From an uncultured Candidatus Binatia bacterium (GTDB taxonomy: Bacteria; Desulfobacterota; Binatia; UBA9968; JAJDTQ01), in contig OZ251459.1 in NCBI GenBank assembly GCA_965242525.1, positions 1,184,001-1,248,000 of the forward strand: 64,000 bases of DNA, read 5' to 3'. This document shows positions 17,467 through 34,362 of the stretch, piece after piece. The notes beneath the pieces were generated by a model. That model worked only from the letters and a program-made list of their open reading frames with translations. It made no database searches and had not been told where the DNA came from. The position numbers were made by a program, and so were the translations under genes. Numbering within the stretch: position 1 is the stretch's first letter; each line of letters begins with the position of its first letter.

Positions 17467-19674
17467 TTAGCCCCGAGGCCGCGGGATGGTCTGGATATCC
17501 GGCCCGTGTACCGTGCCGCGCCCGGGACGACCCGCTCGGTCTGCCCATGCCCCCGACTCCACGCGGTCTCCCCAGCGGCGCCGCAGCACCTCTCGAACGC
17601 GCCGGGAAGCTCCGCTGCGCAGGTCCGGGTCCTGCGCGAGCCAGTCGCGGGCTTCCCGGCGCGCCTCGGCGAGGACCTCGTGGTCCCGCATCAGGTGGGC
17701 CACCCGGAACCCCTGGGCGCCGGCTTGGCGGGCGCCCAGGAGCTCGCCGGCGCCGCGGAACCGGAGGTCGGCCTCGGCCACCTCGAAGCCGTCCGCGGTC
17801 CGCTCCATGACCTCCAACCGCCGTCGGGACTCGTCGTCCCGGGCGCCGTAGTGGATCAGCACGCAGTGGGATTCGCCGCGCCCTCGCCCTACCCTGCCCC
17901 GTAGCTGGTGCAACTGGGCCAAGCCGAACCGCTCGGCGTGCTCGACGACCATCAGGGTGGCGCCGGGCACGTCGATGCCCACCTCGATGACCGAGGTGGC
18001 CACCAACACCCGGACCTCCCCCTGACGGAAACTCCGCATCACCCGGTCCCGCTCGTCCGCGGGCATCCGGCCGTGGAGCAGGCCCAGGCGGATCCCCTTC
18101 AGGACGGTCCGGGACAGCTCCCGCGCCATGCTCTCGGCCGCGGCCAGCGGCAGCTTGTCCGAGTCTTCCACCCGCGGGCAGACCAGGTAGGCCTGGCGTC
18201 CGCCGCTCACCGCGGCGCGCACCCGCTCATAGACCTTCGACCGGCGGGCGGACGACACCACCACCGTGCGCACCGGCGTCCTGCCCGGCGGCGTTTCGTC
18301 CAGCAGCGACGCTTCCAGGTCGCCGGAAAGGGCCATGGCGAGGCTGCGCGGTATGGGGGTGGCGCTCATCAGCAACAGGTCGGGCTCGGCCCCCGGGGCC
18401 CCCGCGTTCCCGAGGGGAAGCCGCGCCAGCGCACTCCGCTGGCTGACCCCGAAGCGGTGCTGCTCGTCCACGATGCCCAACCCCATGCGCGGGGCCGAGA
18501 CGCCTTCCTGGACGAGGGCGTGGGTGCCCACCACGAAATCCACCTGGCCGTCCCGGATGCGCTCCGCGGTCTCGGTCCTGACGCCCGCGGGAAGCGAACC
18601 CGAAAGCAGCGCCGCGCGCACGCCCAAAGCCTCGGCCCAGGGCCGGAGCCGTTGGTGGTGCTGTTCCGCCAGGAGCTCGGTGGGGGCCAGCAACAGCGCC
18701 TGGCGGCCGTTCTCCACCGCCCGGAGGGCGCTGAGCCACGCGACGACGGTCTTGCCCGATCCCACGTCGCCTTGCAGCAGGCGGCGCATGGGGCGGCTCG
18801 ATTCCATGTCTTGGTGGATCTCCGCCAGCACCCGCTCCTGCCCCGGGGTGAGGCGGTACGGCAGCAGGCGCCGCATGCGGTCGGAGAGCGAGCCGGCCCG
18901 GGCCGGCGAGGGCAGGCCGGGGGTATGCAGCCGCTTCCGTTGCCGCAGGGCCAGGGCCAATTGGAAATAGAAGAACTCGTCGAATACGAGGGACCGATGC
19001 GCCGCGTTCCGGGTCTCTTCGAGGACCCGGGGAGGGAGTCCCGGGTCCGGCCGGTGCACCGCTTCCAGGGCCTGCTCCAGGTCCATGAGCCGCTGCCGGT
19101 CGGCCACCTCCGGGGGCAGGAAGCTGGGCAGGAACGCGCCGAACCGGTCCAGGGCCTGGGCCACCCAGGCCCGGAGGCTCGATTGGGACACGTCGCCGGG
19201 CTTGCCGTAGATGGCGCGCACCTCCGGCCGCGGCGCCGCGCCGGCGTCGAGGGTCTCGAAGTCGGGGTGGTGGATGCCGAGCCGGCCGCCCCGGCCCGGC
19301 GCCGCCCTGCCATAGACCCAAAGGCGCTGCCCCGTGCGCAGGGCGTCGAGGACGTATTGGCCGGGGTTGAACCAGACCAGATCCAGGCTGCCGGTGTCGT
19401 CGGTCAACGCGCCGGTGAGCATGCGCCGGCCGCCGCGGACCCGGCCGGCCCGGAGGCCGGTCAGGCGGCCGGCGAAGGCGCCGCTCTCCCCTGCCGCGGC
19501 GTCGCCAATGGCCCCGGCGCCGCGGCGGTCCTCGTAGCGCAGGGGCAGGTGGTAGAGCAGGTCCTCCACCGTGGCGAGACCCCGGCCCGCGAGCTTGGCG
19601 GCGCGCACCGCGCCGACGCCCTTGAGCGCGTCCGGACCAAGCTGCAAGGCTTCGAAGCAGTCGGCCGGGTCCAT
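17467..19674 (-). CDS. recG: ATP-dependent DNA helicase RecG
   Basis: LKGVG, P.RYEDR, LLQGDVGSGKT, DEQHRFG, MSATPIPR, QLHQLRGRVGRG, DGFEVAEADL; start approximate. Confidence 0.95.
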   Translation of the reverse strand: MDPADCFEALQLGPDALKGVGAVRAAKLAGRGLATVEDLLYHLPLRYEDRRGAGAIGDAAAGESGAFAGRLTGLRAGRVRGGRRMLTGALTDDTGSLDLVWFNPGQYVLDALRTGQRLWVYGRAAPGRGGRLGIHHPDFETLDAGAAPRPEVRAIYGKPGDVSQSSLRAWVAQALDRFGAFLPSFLPPEVADRQRLMDLEQALEAVHRPDPGLPPRVLEETRNAAHRSLVFDEFFYFQLALALRQRKRLHTPGLPSPARAGSLSDRMRRLLPYRLTPGQERVLAEIHQDMESSRPMRRLLQGDVGSGKTVVAWLSALRAVENGRQALLLAPTELLAEQHHQRLRPWAEALGVRAALLSGSLPAGVRTETAERIRDGQVDFVVGTHALVQEGVSAPRMGLGIVDEQHRFGVSQRSALARLPLGNAGAPGAEPDLLLMSATPIPRSLAMALSGDLEASLLDETPPGRTPVRTVVVSSARRSKVYERVRAAVSGGRQAYLVCPRVEDSDKLPLAAAESMARELSRTVLKGIRLGLLHGRMPADERDRVMRSFRQGEVRVLVATSVIEVGIDVPGATLMVVEHAERFGLAQLHQLRGRVGRGRGESHCVLIHYGARDDESRRRLEVMERTADGFEVAEADLRFRGAGELLGARQAGAQGFRVAHLMRDHEVLAEARREARDWLAQDPDLRSGASRRVREVLRRRWGDRVESGAWADRAGRPGRGTVHGPDIQTIPRPRG

Positions 19675-19817
19675 GGGGGTGGCGTGGTAGGAACGATTCA
19701 CGACGGGAGAACCGGGCCCGGCGCGCCGGCGGCCGCGGGCGGCGTCAGCCATCGGCTTCGTGGCCGCGGCGCCGGCGGCCGGGACTTTCCTCGGGACACC
19801 GCGGGACCGCCCGGCGG

Positions 19818-23036
<3,219 letters not shown>

Positions 23037-23038
23037 GT

Positions 23039-24151
23039 TCAGGACCCGGCCATCAGGTCGCGGAAGCGGGCGAACAGGTACGCCGCGTCGTGGGGGCCCG
23101 GGGACGCCTCGGGATGGTACTGGACCGAGAAGACCGGGTGCTCCCGGTGCCGCAGCCCTTCCACGGTGCGGTCGTTGAGGTTCACGTGGGTCACCTCCGC
23201 CGCCCCCCGCAACGAGTCCGCGTCCACCGCGAAGCCGTGGTTCTGGGTGGTGATCTCCACCTTTCCGGTGGTGAGGTCCATCACCGGCTGGTTGCCGCCG
23301 TGATGGCCGAACTTGAGCTTGAAGGTCCGCCCCCCCATGGCCAGGCCCAGTATCTGGTGCCCCAGGCAGATGCCGAAGATGGGCCGCCGGCCCACCAGTT
23401 GCCGCACCGTGTCCACCGCGTAGGGCACGGCCGCGGGGTCTCCGGGGCCGTTGGACAGGAAGACGCCGTCGGGGTCGAGCGCCAGTACGTCCTCGGCCGG
23501 CGTGTGGGCGGGCAGCACGGTCACCGCGCAACCCGCCTCCACCAGACCTCGAAGGATGTTGAACTTGATGCCGTAATCGTAGGCCGCCACGTGGAAACGC
23601 GGCTCCGGCGCCGGACGGAATCCGCTCCCCATGCGCCAGCCCCCCTGGTCCCAGGCATAGGGCTCCCGGCAACTCACGTTCCGCACCAGGTCCCTGCCCA
23701 CGAGACCCGGCGCCCGCTGCGCTTTCTCCGCCAGCGCTACGGCTTCGCCGCCCGCCGTGGAGATGATTCCCTGCTGGGCGCCTTCCCGGCGGATGTGGGT
23801 CACCAGGGACCGGGTATCGACTCCCTGGATGCCTACGATGCCGTGCTCCTGCATGTAGTCGTGCAGCGCCCGGGTGGCGCGCCAGTTGCTGGGCACGGAG
23901 CAGTATTCCTTGACGATGAACCCCTTGACGTAGGGCCGGCGCGATTCGTCGTCCTCCGGGTTCACCCCCACGTTGCCGATCTCCGGATAGGTCATGGCCA
24001 CGAGCTGGCCTTCGTAGGACGGATCGGTGAGGATCTCCTGGTATCCCGTCATGCTGGTGTTGAACACCACCTCCCCCGCGGCCTCCCCCTGGCTGCCGAA
24101 GGAGCGGCCCGCGAACGAGGTCCCGTCCGCCAGTGTCAGTGTCGCTTTCAT
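23039..24151 (-). CDS. carA: Carbamoyl-phosphate synthase small subunit
   Basis: [40 protein letters not shown]. Confidence 0.98.
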   Translation of the reverse strand: MKATLTLADGTSFAGRSFGSQGEAAGEVVFNTSMTGYQEILTDPSYEGQLVAMTYPEIGNVGVNPEDDESRRPYVKGFIVKEYCSVPSNWRATRALHDYMQEHGIVGIQGVDTRSLVTHIRREGAQQGIISTAGGEAVALAEKAQRAPGLVGRDLVRNVSCREPYAWDQGGWRMGSGFRPAPEPRFHVAAYDYGIKFNILRGLVEAGCAVTVLPAHTPAEDVLALDPDGVFLSNGPGDPAAVPYAVDTVRQLVGRRPIFGICLGHQILGLAMGGRTFKLKFGHHGGNQPVMDLTTGKVEITTQNHGFAVDADSLRGAAEVTHVNLNDRTVEGLRHREHPVFSVQYHPEASPGPHDAAYLFARFRDLMAGS

Positions 24152-24204
24152 GGGGTCCGATTCCCTCCCCCTCGAAGGGGAGGGTTATCCGGCGGCGCCG
24201 GCCG

Positions 24205-24660
24205 CTACGGGCGCGGCGCGGTTCTCTCGATCAGGACCTTGAGCGCTTCCCCTTGCTCCTTGAGCGCTGCCCCCTGCTGCTTGAGCGCTTCTCCCTGCTG
24301 GTCCATGCCCTTGATGAGGGCTTCGAGGGCGCGCATTGCTTCCCGGTGGCGTTGGTCCTCGCGCTTCTCACGTTGGTCCTCGCGTTTCTCACGTTGGTCC
24401 TCGCGCTTCTCACGTTGGTCCTCGCGCTTCTCTTCTCGCGCGGCGCGGTCCTCGTTGACCCTGACCATCCGGTTGATTCCGTAGATGACGGCGACGATCT
24501 GCCCGGCCCCGACGACGAGGGCGACGAGCGGGATGGCGATAGCGGCCCAAAGCTGCCAGTGCTGCAAGGAAAGCGCGGCGTTCTGGTAGGCAAGCGTGCC
24601 CTGCTGGTAGGCAAGCGTGGCTTGCTGGTAGGCGACCGTTGCGGCTTCGAACTCCGTCAT
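24205..24660 (-). CDS. Hypothetical membrane-anchored protein with three 7-aa tandem repeat arrays
   Basis: AAAGGAG RBS; AYQQxTL x3, one TM helix, REKREDQ x4, QQGxALK x3. Confidence 0.75.
   Translation of the reverse strand: MTEFEAATVAYQQATLAYQQGTLAYQNAALSLQHWQLWAAIAIPLVALVVGAGQIVAVIYGINRMVRVNEDRAAREEKREDQREKREDQREKREDQREKREDQRHREAMRALEALIKGMDQQGEALKQQGAALKEQGEALKVLIERTAPRP
24350..24432. repeat. 21-bp tandem repeat x4 (CGTTGGTCCTCGCGCTTCTCA) inside the CDS
   Basis: Direct reading; further 21-bp arrays at 24238-24300 and about 24583-24640. Confidence 0.9.
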
Positions 24661-24688
24661 GCCGGTTCTCCTTTCCGTGGTGGGAGCG

Positions 24689-24727
24689 CGTCCTCCGATT
24701 TCGCTCCGCTACGCTCGGGACGAACGG
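24689..24727 (+). repeat. REP-like repeat, family A (variant)
   Basis: CGTCCTCCGATTTCGCTCCGCTACGCTCGGGACGAACGG. Confidence 0.8.
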
Positions 24728-24793
24728 GGTTTGCGGTCCCGGTTCTCCTTCCACGTGGTTCCGGGTTTCCTTCCATGGTATCGCCGCGGGAGG

Positions 24794-25494
24794 TCAATGG
24801 ATCAGGCGGCCGATGCGCCACCAGCGCAGCCGGCGGTTCTCCGAATCCCATGACCAGTACTTGACGAAGGCGCGGCCGCGGATGTCCTCGATGGGCACGA
24901 AGCCCCAGAACCGGCTGTCCAGGCTCCGGTCCCGGTTGTCGCCCATGACGAACACGCGCCCCTCGGGGACCTTCGCCGGACCGAAGTTGTCGCGGACGTG
25001 GCCCGCGCCCAGGACCGCGCCCCGGTCCTCGAAGTGGGCGTGGGCGTCCTCCACCGGCTCGCCGTTGATATAGACCTTCTTGTCCCGGATCACGACCTCG
25101 TCCCCGGGCACTGCCACCACCCGCTTGATGAAGTCCTTGCAGCGATCCCGGGGATAGACGAACACCACCACGTCGCCGCGCTCCGGGATGTCCCATTCCA
25201 TGACCTGGGAGCCCCGGGCCAGGTCCACGCACCCGGCGAAGGGCAGCCAGTTGACGTCCGGGAGCCGCACCCCGTAGGATAGCTTGTTGACCAGGATGTG
25301 GTCGCCGATGGCCAGGGTGGGGATCATGGACCCCGACGGGATCTTGAACGCCTGCACCACGAAGGCGCGCAGGAACAGCGCCGCCAGCAGCGCGATGACG
25401 ATGGCTTCGGCGTACTCCCGGACGACGGTCTTTCTGGTTTTCGGCGGTCTGGCCACGGAAGGGGTCCCTGTGGAGGAACTTAACAGTTCATGGG

Positions 25495-25498
<4 letters not shown>
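24794..25498 (-). CDS. lepB: Signal peptidase I
   Basis: [35 protein letters not shown]; follows lepA, TTG start overlapping lepA stop (start uncertain). Confidence 0.95.
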
Positions 25499-27283
<1,785 letters not shown>

Positions 27284-27294
<11 letters not shown>

Positions 27295-28591
27295 GACCCC
27301 GTCCGATGCAATAATAGGTGAAACCGTGCCGCTGCATCACCGCGGGGTCATAGAGGTTGCGGCCGTCGAAGACCACCGGTCGATGCAGCAGCCCCTTCAG
27401 GCGCGCGAAGTCCGGGCTGCGGAACTCGTTCCATTCCGTCAGCACCAGCACGCCATCGGCGCCGTCGGCCGCTTCGTAATTGCTGCGACCGTACTCGATG
27501 CGCTCGCCGTAGCGCTTGCGCGCCTCGGCCATGCCCCCGGGATCGAAGGCCCGCACCCGCGCCCCCCCTTGCAGCAGGCCGTCGATGACCCGGAGCGCCG
27601 GCGACTCCCGCACGTCGTCGGTCCGGGCCTTGAAGGCGAGGCCCCATACCGCCAGCGCGAGCCCGGCCAGCCGGCCGCGGAAATGCGCCCGGACCTTCTC
27701 CAGCAACAGCCCCTTCTGGGTCTCGTTCACCCGGTCCACGGCCCGGAGCAGCGGCATCTCCAGCTCGCGGCCGCCCATGGCGATCATGGCCCGGACGTCC
27801 TTGGGCAGGCAGGAGCCGCCGTAGCCGATGCCGGGAAAGATGAACTGGGGGCCGATGCGCGGGTCCAGGGCCATGATGCGCCGGACCTGCTCCACGTCCG
27901 CCCCCTCCTTCTCGCACAGGCGCGCGGTCTCGTTCATGAAGGAGATCTTCGCGGCCAGTATCCCGTTGGCGGCGTACTTGCTCAACTCGGCGCTCCGGGA
28001 GTCGGTCACGATGATGCGCTCCCCCTTCCTCATGAAAGGCTCGTACAGGCCCTTGAGGCGCTCCAGCGAAACCGCGTCCTCGCCCCCCAGCACCACCCGG
28101 TCGGGCTTCATGAAGTCCTCCACCGCGTTCCCCTCCTTCAGGAACTCGGGGTTCGACACTACCGCCGCCGCGTGTCCCGTGCGCGATTGGATGATCTCCC
28201 TCACCCGGTCCGCGGTGCCCACCGGGACAGTGCTCTTGGTCACCACGATCCGGGGGCCGTCCATGGCCCGGGCGATGTGCTCGGCCGCGGCGAGCACATG
28301 GCTCAGGTCGGCCTCGCCCGAAGCCGCCTGGGGCGTGCCCACCGCGATGAACACGGTCTCCGCCCCTCGCACCGCCTCGGCCAAGTCGGTGGAGAACGAC
28401 AGCCTGCCCTCCCGGGCGTTGCGCCGGATCAGCTCCTCGAGCCCGCGCTCGTAGAACGGCGCCCGTCCCTGCCGGAGCTGCCCGATCTTCTCCCCGTCCA
28501 CGTCCACGCACACCACGTCGTTGCCCATCTCGGCGAAGCAACTCCCGGTCACCAGCCCCACGTAACCCGTACCGACCATTGCGATGTTCAT
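27284..28591 (-). CDS. ugd: UDP-glucose/GDP-mannose dehydrogenase
   Basis: [34 protein letters not shown]. Confidence 0.93.
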
Positions 28592-28613
28592 GCGGCGCCT
28601 GCACGGACCGGGT

Positions 28614-29519
28614 TCAGAGACGGAAGCGGGTCAACTCCACGAAACGCCGGTAACGTTCGTCGATCTCCCCCCGGTCCAGGGCCAGCAGCCGCCGGGGACC
28701 GAAGTCCTCCACCGTGAACGACGCGGTGACGTTGCCATAGACGATGGCGCGCCGGAGGGCGTCCTCGCCGGGGTCCCCGGCCGCGGCCAAGCAACCCATG
28801 AAGGCGCCGGCGAACGAGTCCCCCGCGCCGGTGGGGTCGAGCACTTCCTCCAGCGGGTAGGCCGGCGCCACGAAGGCCGAAGAGTCGGAGAACTGGAAGA
28901 CTCCGTACTCGCCGCGCTTGACGAGCACCGTCCGGGGACCCATCTCCAGTATGGCGCGGGCGGCCCGGACGATGTTGTGACGGCCGCTCAACATGCGCGC
29001 TTCCGAGTCGTTGATGACCACGGTCTCCACCCGTTCCAGGACTTTCGCGAGGTCTCCGGGGCTCTCGCGGATCCAGTGGTCCATGGTGTCGCAGGCCACC
29101 AGCCGCGGCCGCCGCAACCGGGACAGGACCTCCAACTGGACGGCCGGGGCGATGTTGCCGAGGAAGGCGTACTCGGTGTCCCCGTATCCGCCCGGCACCA
29201 GAGGGACGAAGTCCTCGAGCACGTTGAGCCGGACCTCCAGGGTGTCCCGGACGTTCAGGTCCTCGTGGTACCGTCCGCGCCAGACGAAGGTGTCGCCCCG
29301 GGCCCGTTGCAATCCTTCCAGGTCCACCCCGCGGCGCGCCAGCGCGTCCAGGTGGTGGTCCGGGAAGTCCTCGCCCACCACCCCCACCAGCCGCACCGGG
29401 GCGAAGAACGCCGCGGCCGCGGCGAAATACGCGGCCGACCCCCCCAGGACCCGGTCCACACTGCCGTGAGGGGTCTCGATGGAGTCGAAGGCCACCGAAC
29501 CCACCACGAGAACGCTCAT
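28614..29519 (-). CDS. PfkB/ribokinase family sugar or nucleoside kinase
   Basis: VVGSVAFD, GGSAAY, DPTGAGDSFAG. Confidence 0.92.
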   Translation of the reverse strand: MSVLVVGSVAFDSIETPHGSVDRVLGGSAAYFAAAAAFFAPVRLVGVVGEDFPDHHLDALARRGVDLEGLQRARGDTFVWRGRYHEDLNVRDTLEVRLNVLEDFVPLVPGGYGDTEYAFLGNIAPAVQLEVLSRLRRPRLVACDTMDHWIRESPGDLAKVLERVETVVINDSEARMLSGRHNIVRAARAILEMGPRTVLVKRGEYGVFQFSDSSAFVAPAYPLEEVLDPTGAGDSFAGAFMGCLAAAGDPGEDALRRAIVYGNVTASFTVEDFGPRRLLALDRGEIDERYRRFVELTRFRL

Positions 29520-29574
29520 GGTCACCCTCCTCCCGAACGCGACGGCCGCGGTCCCGCGCCCTTCGGAGAATCGG

Positions 29575-29724
29575 GGAACACCCGAAGAATCGAGACATCG
29601 AGGACAGATTCCCTCACCCTGACCCTCCTGTTTCCGTTCGCCACTATCTCCGTTCGTCCTGAGCGTAGCGAAGCGAAGTCGAAGGACGTACCCATCTCCC
29701 CTGTCCCGATCGTCCAGAGGTTCC
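29575..29724. mobile_element. MITE-like element, second copy (inverted, 150 bp), carrying a family A REP
   Basis: Reverse complement is colinear with 10970-11101 (TIRs, REP, GGGTCAGGGTGAGGGAATC); flanks TCGG/TCAG (3/4 match). Confidence 0.7.
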
Positions 29725-30588
29725 TCAGAGATACTTGTCGATCAGCGGCGCCAGCTTCTTCCGGGCGGCCTCGGGGATCACCGACCGGTCCGTGACGATG
29801 GCGACGCTCAGGGCGGTGGCGCAGGGGCAGGCGCGCTCGGGCGCCAGGCGCTCCACCGCGCCCCGGATGATCCTCTTGGCCACGTCCGCGTTCCGCTGCA
29901 GCACCGCGATGATCTCCTCGATCTCCACGTCCCCCGCCTCCTCGTTCCAGCAGTCGTAGTCGGTGGCCAGGGCGATGGTGGCGAAGCAGATCTCCGCCTC
30001 GCGGGCCAGCTTCGCTTCCTGCAGGTTGGTCATGCCGATGACGTCCGCCCCCCAACTCCGGTAGAGGTGCGATTCGGCGCGGGTGGAGAACTGCGGCCCC
30101 TCCATGCAGACGTAGGTGCCCCGGCCGTGCGCCCGTATGTCCTCGGCCCCGGCCGCCTCGGTCACCGCGGCGCGCAGGAGAGCGCAGAAAGGGTCCGCGA
30201 ACTGGACGTGGGCCACCACGCCGTCGCCGAAGAACGTGCTCGGGCGCTTGCTCGTGCGGTCGATGAACTGGTCCGGCACCACCACGTGGCCCGGAGCGAT
30301 CTCCTGCCGGAGGCTGCCCACCGCGCTCACCGACAGCACCCGCTCCACCCCCAGCTTCTTCATGCCGAAGATGTTGGCGCGGTTGTTGACCTCGGTGGGC
30401 AGCAGCCGGTGCCCCTTGCCGTGGCGCGGCAGGAAGACCATCTCCGCCCCGCCGAGGGAACCGGTCACGAAAGGCCCCGAGGGCTCCCCGAAAGGGGTGT
30501 CCACCTCCAGCTCCCGCACGTTGCCCAGCTCCTCCATCTCGTAGAGGCCGGTGCCGCCGATGACGCCCAAAGTCGCTTTCCCTTCCAT
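29725..30588 (-). CDS. mtnP: S-methyl-5'-thioadenosine phosphorylase
   Basis: GVIGGTGLY, FLPRHG, SAVGSL, EGPQFSTRAES, IGMT, TDYDCW. Confidence 0.93.
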   Translation of the reverse strand: MEGKATLGVIGGTGLYEMEELGNVRELEVDTPFGEPSGPFVTGSLGGAEMVFLPRHGKGHRLLPTEVNNRANIFGMKKLGVERVLSVSAVGSLRQEIAPGHVVVPDQFIDRTSKRPSTFFGDGVVAHVQFADPFCALLRAAVTEAAGAEDIRAHGRGTYVCMEGPQFSTRAESHLYRSWGADVIGMTNLQEAKLAREAEICFATIALATDYDCWNEEAGDVEIEEIIAVLQRNADVAKRIIRGAVERLAPERACPCATALSVAIVTDRSVIPEAARKKLAPLIDKYL

Positions 30589-30607
30589 CGTTCGGTCTCC
30601 TGTCCCG

Positions 30608-31852
30608 TCAGGGTTCCCCGGCAAGCCGGCCGCCCGCAGGCGCTCCGGGCTCCACCGGGGGGAAGGCCCGCCCGCCCACCGCGGCCGCGGGTTCCGCGGC
30701 GTGGTGCAACTGCCCGCAGGCCGCCTGGATGTCGTCGCCCCGGGGCCGCCGCACGTGGGCCTGGATCCGGCGGCGGCGCAGCTTTTCCGCGAACCTCTCG
30801 ACGACGCGGTCCGGCGGCCGGCGAAAACCGCTCCCCTCGTGGGGGTTGAAGGGTATGAGGTTCACCTTGCAACGGATGCCGCGCAGCCTGGCCGCCAGCT
30901 CCGCGGCGTCCTCCAGGCTGTCGTTCCGGCCCCGGATCAGCAGGTACTCGAAGGTGATCCGCTTGCGCCGCGGCAGCGGCAGGGACCGGCAGCAGTCGAG
31001 TAGCTGCGACACGGGGTACTTCCGGTTCACGGGCATGAGCTCGGAACGCACCGAGTCGCGCACGGAATGGAGCGAGACTGCGAGGTTGACGGCTGTTTCC
31101 TCCATGAGCCGGCGCATCTGCGGCAACAGCCCCACGGTGGAGACGGTGATCTTCCGGGGCGAGACGCCCATGCCGCTGTGCGCGTCGGTGAGGACGTCCA
31201 GGGCGCCGCGGACGGCGTCGTAGTTGGCCAACGGCTCGCCCATGCCCATGAACACCAGGTTCGAGATGTGCTCGTCCCCGGGGCGCCGGCGCTGCGCCTC
31301 CAGGACCTGTCCCACGATCTCCGCCTGGGTCAGGTTGCGCCGGAGCCCCATGCGCGCGGTGGCGCAGAAGACGCAGCCCAGTCCGCACCCGGCCTGGGTC
31401 GAGACGCACAGCGTCACCCGGTCCTGCTCCGGGATGTGGACCGTCTCCACCGCGGCGCCATCGGACAGGCGGAACAGGTACTTGACCGAACCGTCCCGGG
31501 ACGAGAGGCGCCGCTGCATCACGAGGCTGCCCACCACGAAGTCCCGGGCCAGGGCCTGGCGCAACTCCCCGGATAGGTCGGTCATGCACTCGAAGGACGT
31601 GGCCCGCTTGCGGAAGACCCACCGCCGGATCTGGTGGGCGCGGTAACTCGGGAGTCCCCGGGCGTGCAGCCATGCCTCCAGCTCCGCCCGGGCCAGCCCC
31701 TCGATGGGCCGCCGGGCCCCTGGCGAATCGCTTGCGAGAGGCGTCATGGGCAAACGCGCGGCGCGGCCTTGGAGGACGGGCGCAAGGTCCGTTTGACGTC
31801 CCGGCCCGGGATCCCCGTCCGAGTCCGCGGCGTGGACGCCGGGGCCCGTCAC
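30608..31852 (-). CDS. rlmN: Dual-specificity RNA methyltransferase RlmN
   Basis: [30 protein letters not shown]; start may instead be 31747. Confidence 0.95.
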   Translation of the reverse strand: MTGPGVHAADSDGDPGPGRQTDLAPVLQGRAARLPMTPLASDSPGARRPIEGLARAELEAWLHARGLPSYRAHQIRRWVFRKRATSFECMTDLSGELRQALARDFVVGSLVMQRRLSSRDGSVKYLFRLSDGAAVETVHIPEQDRVTLCVSTQAGCGLGCVFCATARMGLRRNLTQAEIVGQVLEAQRRRPGDEHISNLVFMGMGEPLANYDAVRGALDVLTDAHSGMGVSPRKITVSTVGLLPQMRRLMEETAVNLAVSLHSVRDSVRSELMPVNRKYPVSQLLDCCRSLPLPRRKRITFEYLLIRGRNDSLEDAAELAARLRGIRCKVNLIPFNPHEGSGFRRPPDRVVERFAEKLRRRRIQAHVRRPRGDDIQAACGQLHHAAEPAAAVGGRAFPPVEPGAPAGGRLAGEP

Positions 31853-32274
31853 TCCTCCGGGGCCTGGAGCTCGTCCGCGGCGAAGAAGAAGGCGATCTCC
31901 GCGGCCGCGGTCTCGGGGGCGTCGGAACCGTGCACGGCGTTGGCCTCCACGTTCGTGCCCCAGTCCTTGCGGATGGTCCCCGGCGCGGCCCGGGCCGGGT
32001 CGGTGGCGCCCATGATCTCCCGGTTCCTGGCGATGGCGCCGTCGCCCTGGAGGACCGACACGAATATGGGACCCGTGGACATGTAGTCCGTCAGGCTGTC
32101 GAAGAACGGCCGCTCCCGGTGCACCCGGTAGAAGGACTCCGCCCGTTGCTTGTCCAGCCGGGTCAGCTTCGCGGCCGCCACCTTGAGCCCGGCGTGCTCG
32201 AAGCGGCTCAGGATGTCCCCGATGAGGCCCCGGGCCACCGCTTCCGGCTTGATGATCGAAAGTGTTCGCTCCAT
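31849..32274 (-). CDS. ndk: Nucleoside diphosphate kinase
   Basis: [21 protein letters not shown]. Confidence 0.97.
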   Translation of the reverse strand: MERTLSIIKPEAVARGLIGDILSRFEHAGLKVAAAKLTRLDKQRAESFYRVHRERPFFDSLTDYMSTGPIFVSVLQGDGAIARNREIMGATDPARAAPGTIRKDWGTNVEANAVHGSDAPETAAAEIAFFFAADELQAPEE

Positions 32275-32278
32275 ACGG

Positions 32279-33148
32279 CTATCCCAGCGTCTCCTCCACG
32301 GTCCGGCCGATGTCCGCGGGGGACGGCGCCATCCGCACGCCCGCCCGGCGCAGGGCTTCGACCTTCTCCGCGGCCGTGCCCTTGCCTCCGGCGATGATGG
32401 CCCCGGCGTGGCCCATGCGCCGGCCCGGGGGGGCGGTCTGCCCCACGATGAAACCCGCCACCGGCTTCTTCATGTGCGCCCGGATCCATTCCGCGGCGTC
32501 CTGCTCGGCGCTGCCGCCGATCTCTCCGATGAGCACCGCAGCCTCGGTCTCGGGGTCGTCCTCGAACGCGCGCAGCACGTCGATGAAGTCCAGCCCGCGG
32601 ATGGGGTCGCCGCCGATGCCCACGCAGGTGGACTGGCCCAGGCCGAGGCGCGTGAGCTGGTCCACCGCCTCATAGGTGAGGGTGCCGCTGCGGGAGACCA
32701 CCCCGATGCGGCCCCGGCGGTGGATGTGGCCCGGCATGATCCCGATCTTGCACTCGCCCGGGGTGATGACTCCGGGACAGTTGGGCCCCACCAGCACCGT
32801 GCCCCGGTCCTCCAGGAAGCGCTTCACCCGCATCATGTCCTGGACCGGCACGCCCTCGGTGATGCACACCACCAGCGGCACGCCCGCGTCCGCGGCTTCC
32901 ATGACCGCGTCCGCGGCAAAGGCGGGAGGCACGTAGATGACGCTGGCGTTGGCCCCGGTCTCCCGGACCGCCTCCTCCACGCTGTCGAATATGGGGATGT
33001 CCTCGAAGGAGGCGCCGCCCTTCCCCGGGGTGACCCCCGCCACCATCCGGGCGCCGTACTCTTTGCACGCGCGGGTGTGGAACCGGCCGGTGGCGCCGGT
33101 GATGCCCTGGGTCAGCACCCGGGTGGCGGAATCCACGAGTATGCTCAT
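32279..33148 (-). CDS. sucD: Succinyl-CoA synthetase alpha subunit
   Basis: [27 protein letters not shown]. Confidence 0.98.
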   Translation of the reverse strand: MSILVDSATRVLTQGITGATGRFHTRACKEYGARMVAGVTPGKGGASFEDIPIFDSVEEAVRETGANASVIYVPPAFAADAVMEAADAGVPLVVCITEGVPVQDMMRVKRFLEDRGTVLVGPNCPGVITPGECKIGIMPGHIHRRGRIGVVSRSGTLTYEAVDQLTRLGLGQSTCVGIGGDPIRGLDFIDVLRAFEDDPETEAAVLIGEIGGSAEQDAAEWIRAHMKKPVAGFIVGQTAPPGRRMGHAGAIIAGGKGTAAEKVEALRRAGVRMAPSPADIGRTVEETLG

Positions 33149-34320
33149 GCCCCGGGCCCTTCCGACCCTACCGCGTCCACGATCTTCCGGGCCGCGTCCG
33201 CGATGGTGTCCGCGGGGATGATCCGCAGGTCGGACCGGGAAAGCAGCTCCCGGCCCCGCTCCACGTTGGTGCCCTGCAGCCGCACCACCAGGGGCACGGC
33301 CACGCCGGTCTCCCGGGCCGCGTCGATGATGCCCTCGGCGATGACGTCGCAGTGCATGATGCCGCCGAATATGTTCACCAGCACCCCGCGCACCTTGTGG
33401 TCCGAGAGCAGCAGGCGGAAGGCCTGCCCCACCATCTCTTTGCTCGCCCCGCCGCCCACGTCGAGGAAGTTGGCCGGCGCGCCCCCGTACCGCTGGATGA
33501 TGTCCATGGTGCCCATGGCCAAGCCCGCGCCGTTGACCATGCAGCCGATGTTGCCGTCCAGCGCCACGTAGGAGATGCCCAGTTCGGACGCCTCGACTTC
33601 CCTGGGGTCCTCCTCGGCCACGTCCCGCAAACCCGCGGCCTCAGGCTGGCGGAACAGCGCGTTGTCGTCGAAGCTCATCTTGGCGTCCAGGGCCATGAAC
33701 CGTCCGTCGTCGAGTTGCGCCAGCGGGTTGACCTCCAGCATCAGGCAGTCCGAGTCCAGGAAGGCGCGGTAGAGGTTCCCGAGCACCGCTCCGAAGGCGC
33801 CCGCGTCCTTGCCGGACAACCCCAGGCTCCCGGCCAGGCGGCGGACCTGGAACGGCGCCACCCCCACCACCGGGTCCACCTGCACGGTGACGATCTCCTC
33901 CGGGCTGGCGCTGGCCACCTCCTCGATCTCCATGCCCCCCTGCCGGCTGGCGATGACCCCCGGCCGGCCCGCGGCGGCGTCCAGCACCAGGCCGCAATAG
34001 AACTCCTTCTCGATGCGCGACGCCTCTTCCACCCACACGCGCCTCACCACCCGCCCTTCCGGGCCGGTCTGGTGGGTCACCAGGGGTTTGCCCAACAGAC
34101 CTCCGGCGAAACCCGCGGCCTCGTCCTCGGTGTGGACCACCTTGACGCCGCCGGCCTTGCCCCTGCCCCCGGCGTGTATCTGGGCCTTCACCACGCACGG
34201 GAAACCGACCTCCCGGGCCGCGGCCCGGGCCTCGTCCGCGGTGGACGCGACACGGCCGTCGGGGGTCGGCACGCCGAACCGGGCGAGCCACCGTTTCGCC
34301 TGGTATTCGTGGACGTTCAT
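33145..34320 (-). CDS. sucC: Succinyl-CoA synthetase beta subunit
   Basis: [37 protein letters not shown]. Confidence 0.98.
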   Translation of the reverse strand: MNVHEYQAKRWLARFGVPTPDGRVASTADEARAAAREVGFPCVVKAQIHAGGRGKAGGVKVVHTEDEAAGFAGGLLGKPLVTHQTGPEGRVVRRVWVEEASRIEKEFYCGLVLDAAAGRPGVIASRQGGMEIEEVASASPEEIVTVQVDPVVGVAPFQVRRLAGSLGLSGKDAGAFGAVLGNLYRAFLDSDCLMLEVNPLAQLDDGRFMALDAKMSFDDNALFRQPEAAGLRDVAEEDPREVEASELGISYVALDGNIGCMVNGAGLAMGTMDIIQRYGGAPANFLDVGGGASKEMVGQAFRLLLSDHKVRGVLVNIFGGIMHCDVIAEGIIDAARETGVAVPLVVRLQGTNVERGRELLSRSDLRIIPADTIADAARKIVDAVGSEGPGA

Positions 34321-34362
34321 GGAGTCGAGCTTCCGGGGAGCCGGTGGGAAACGGCAGGGGTT

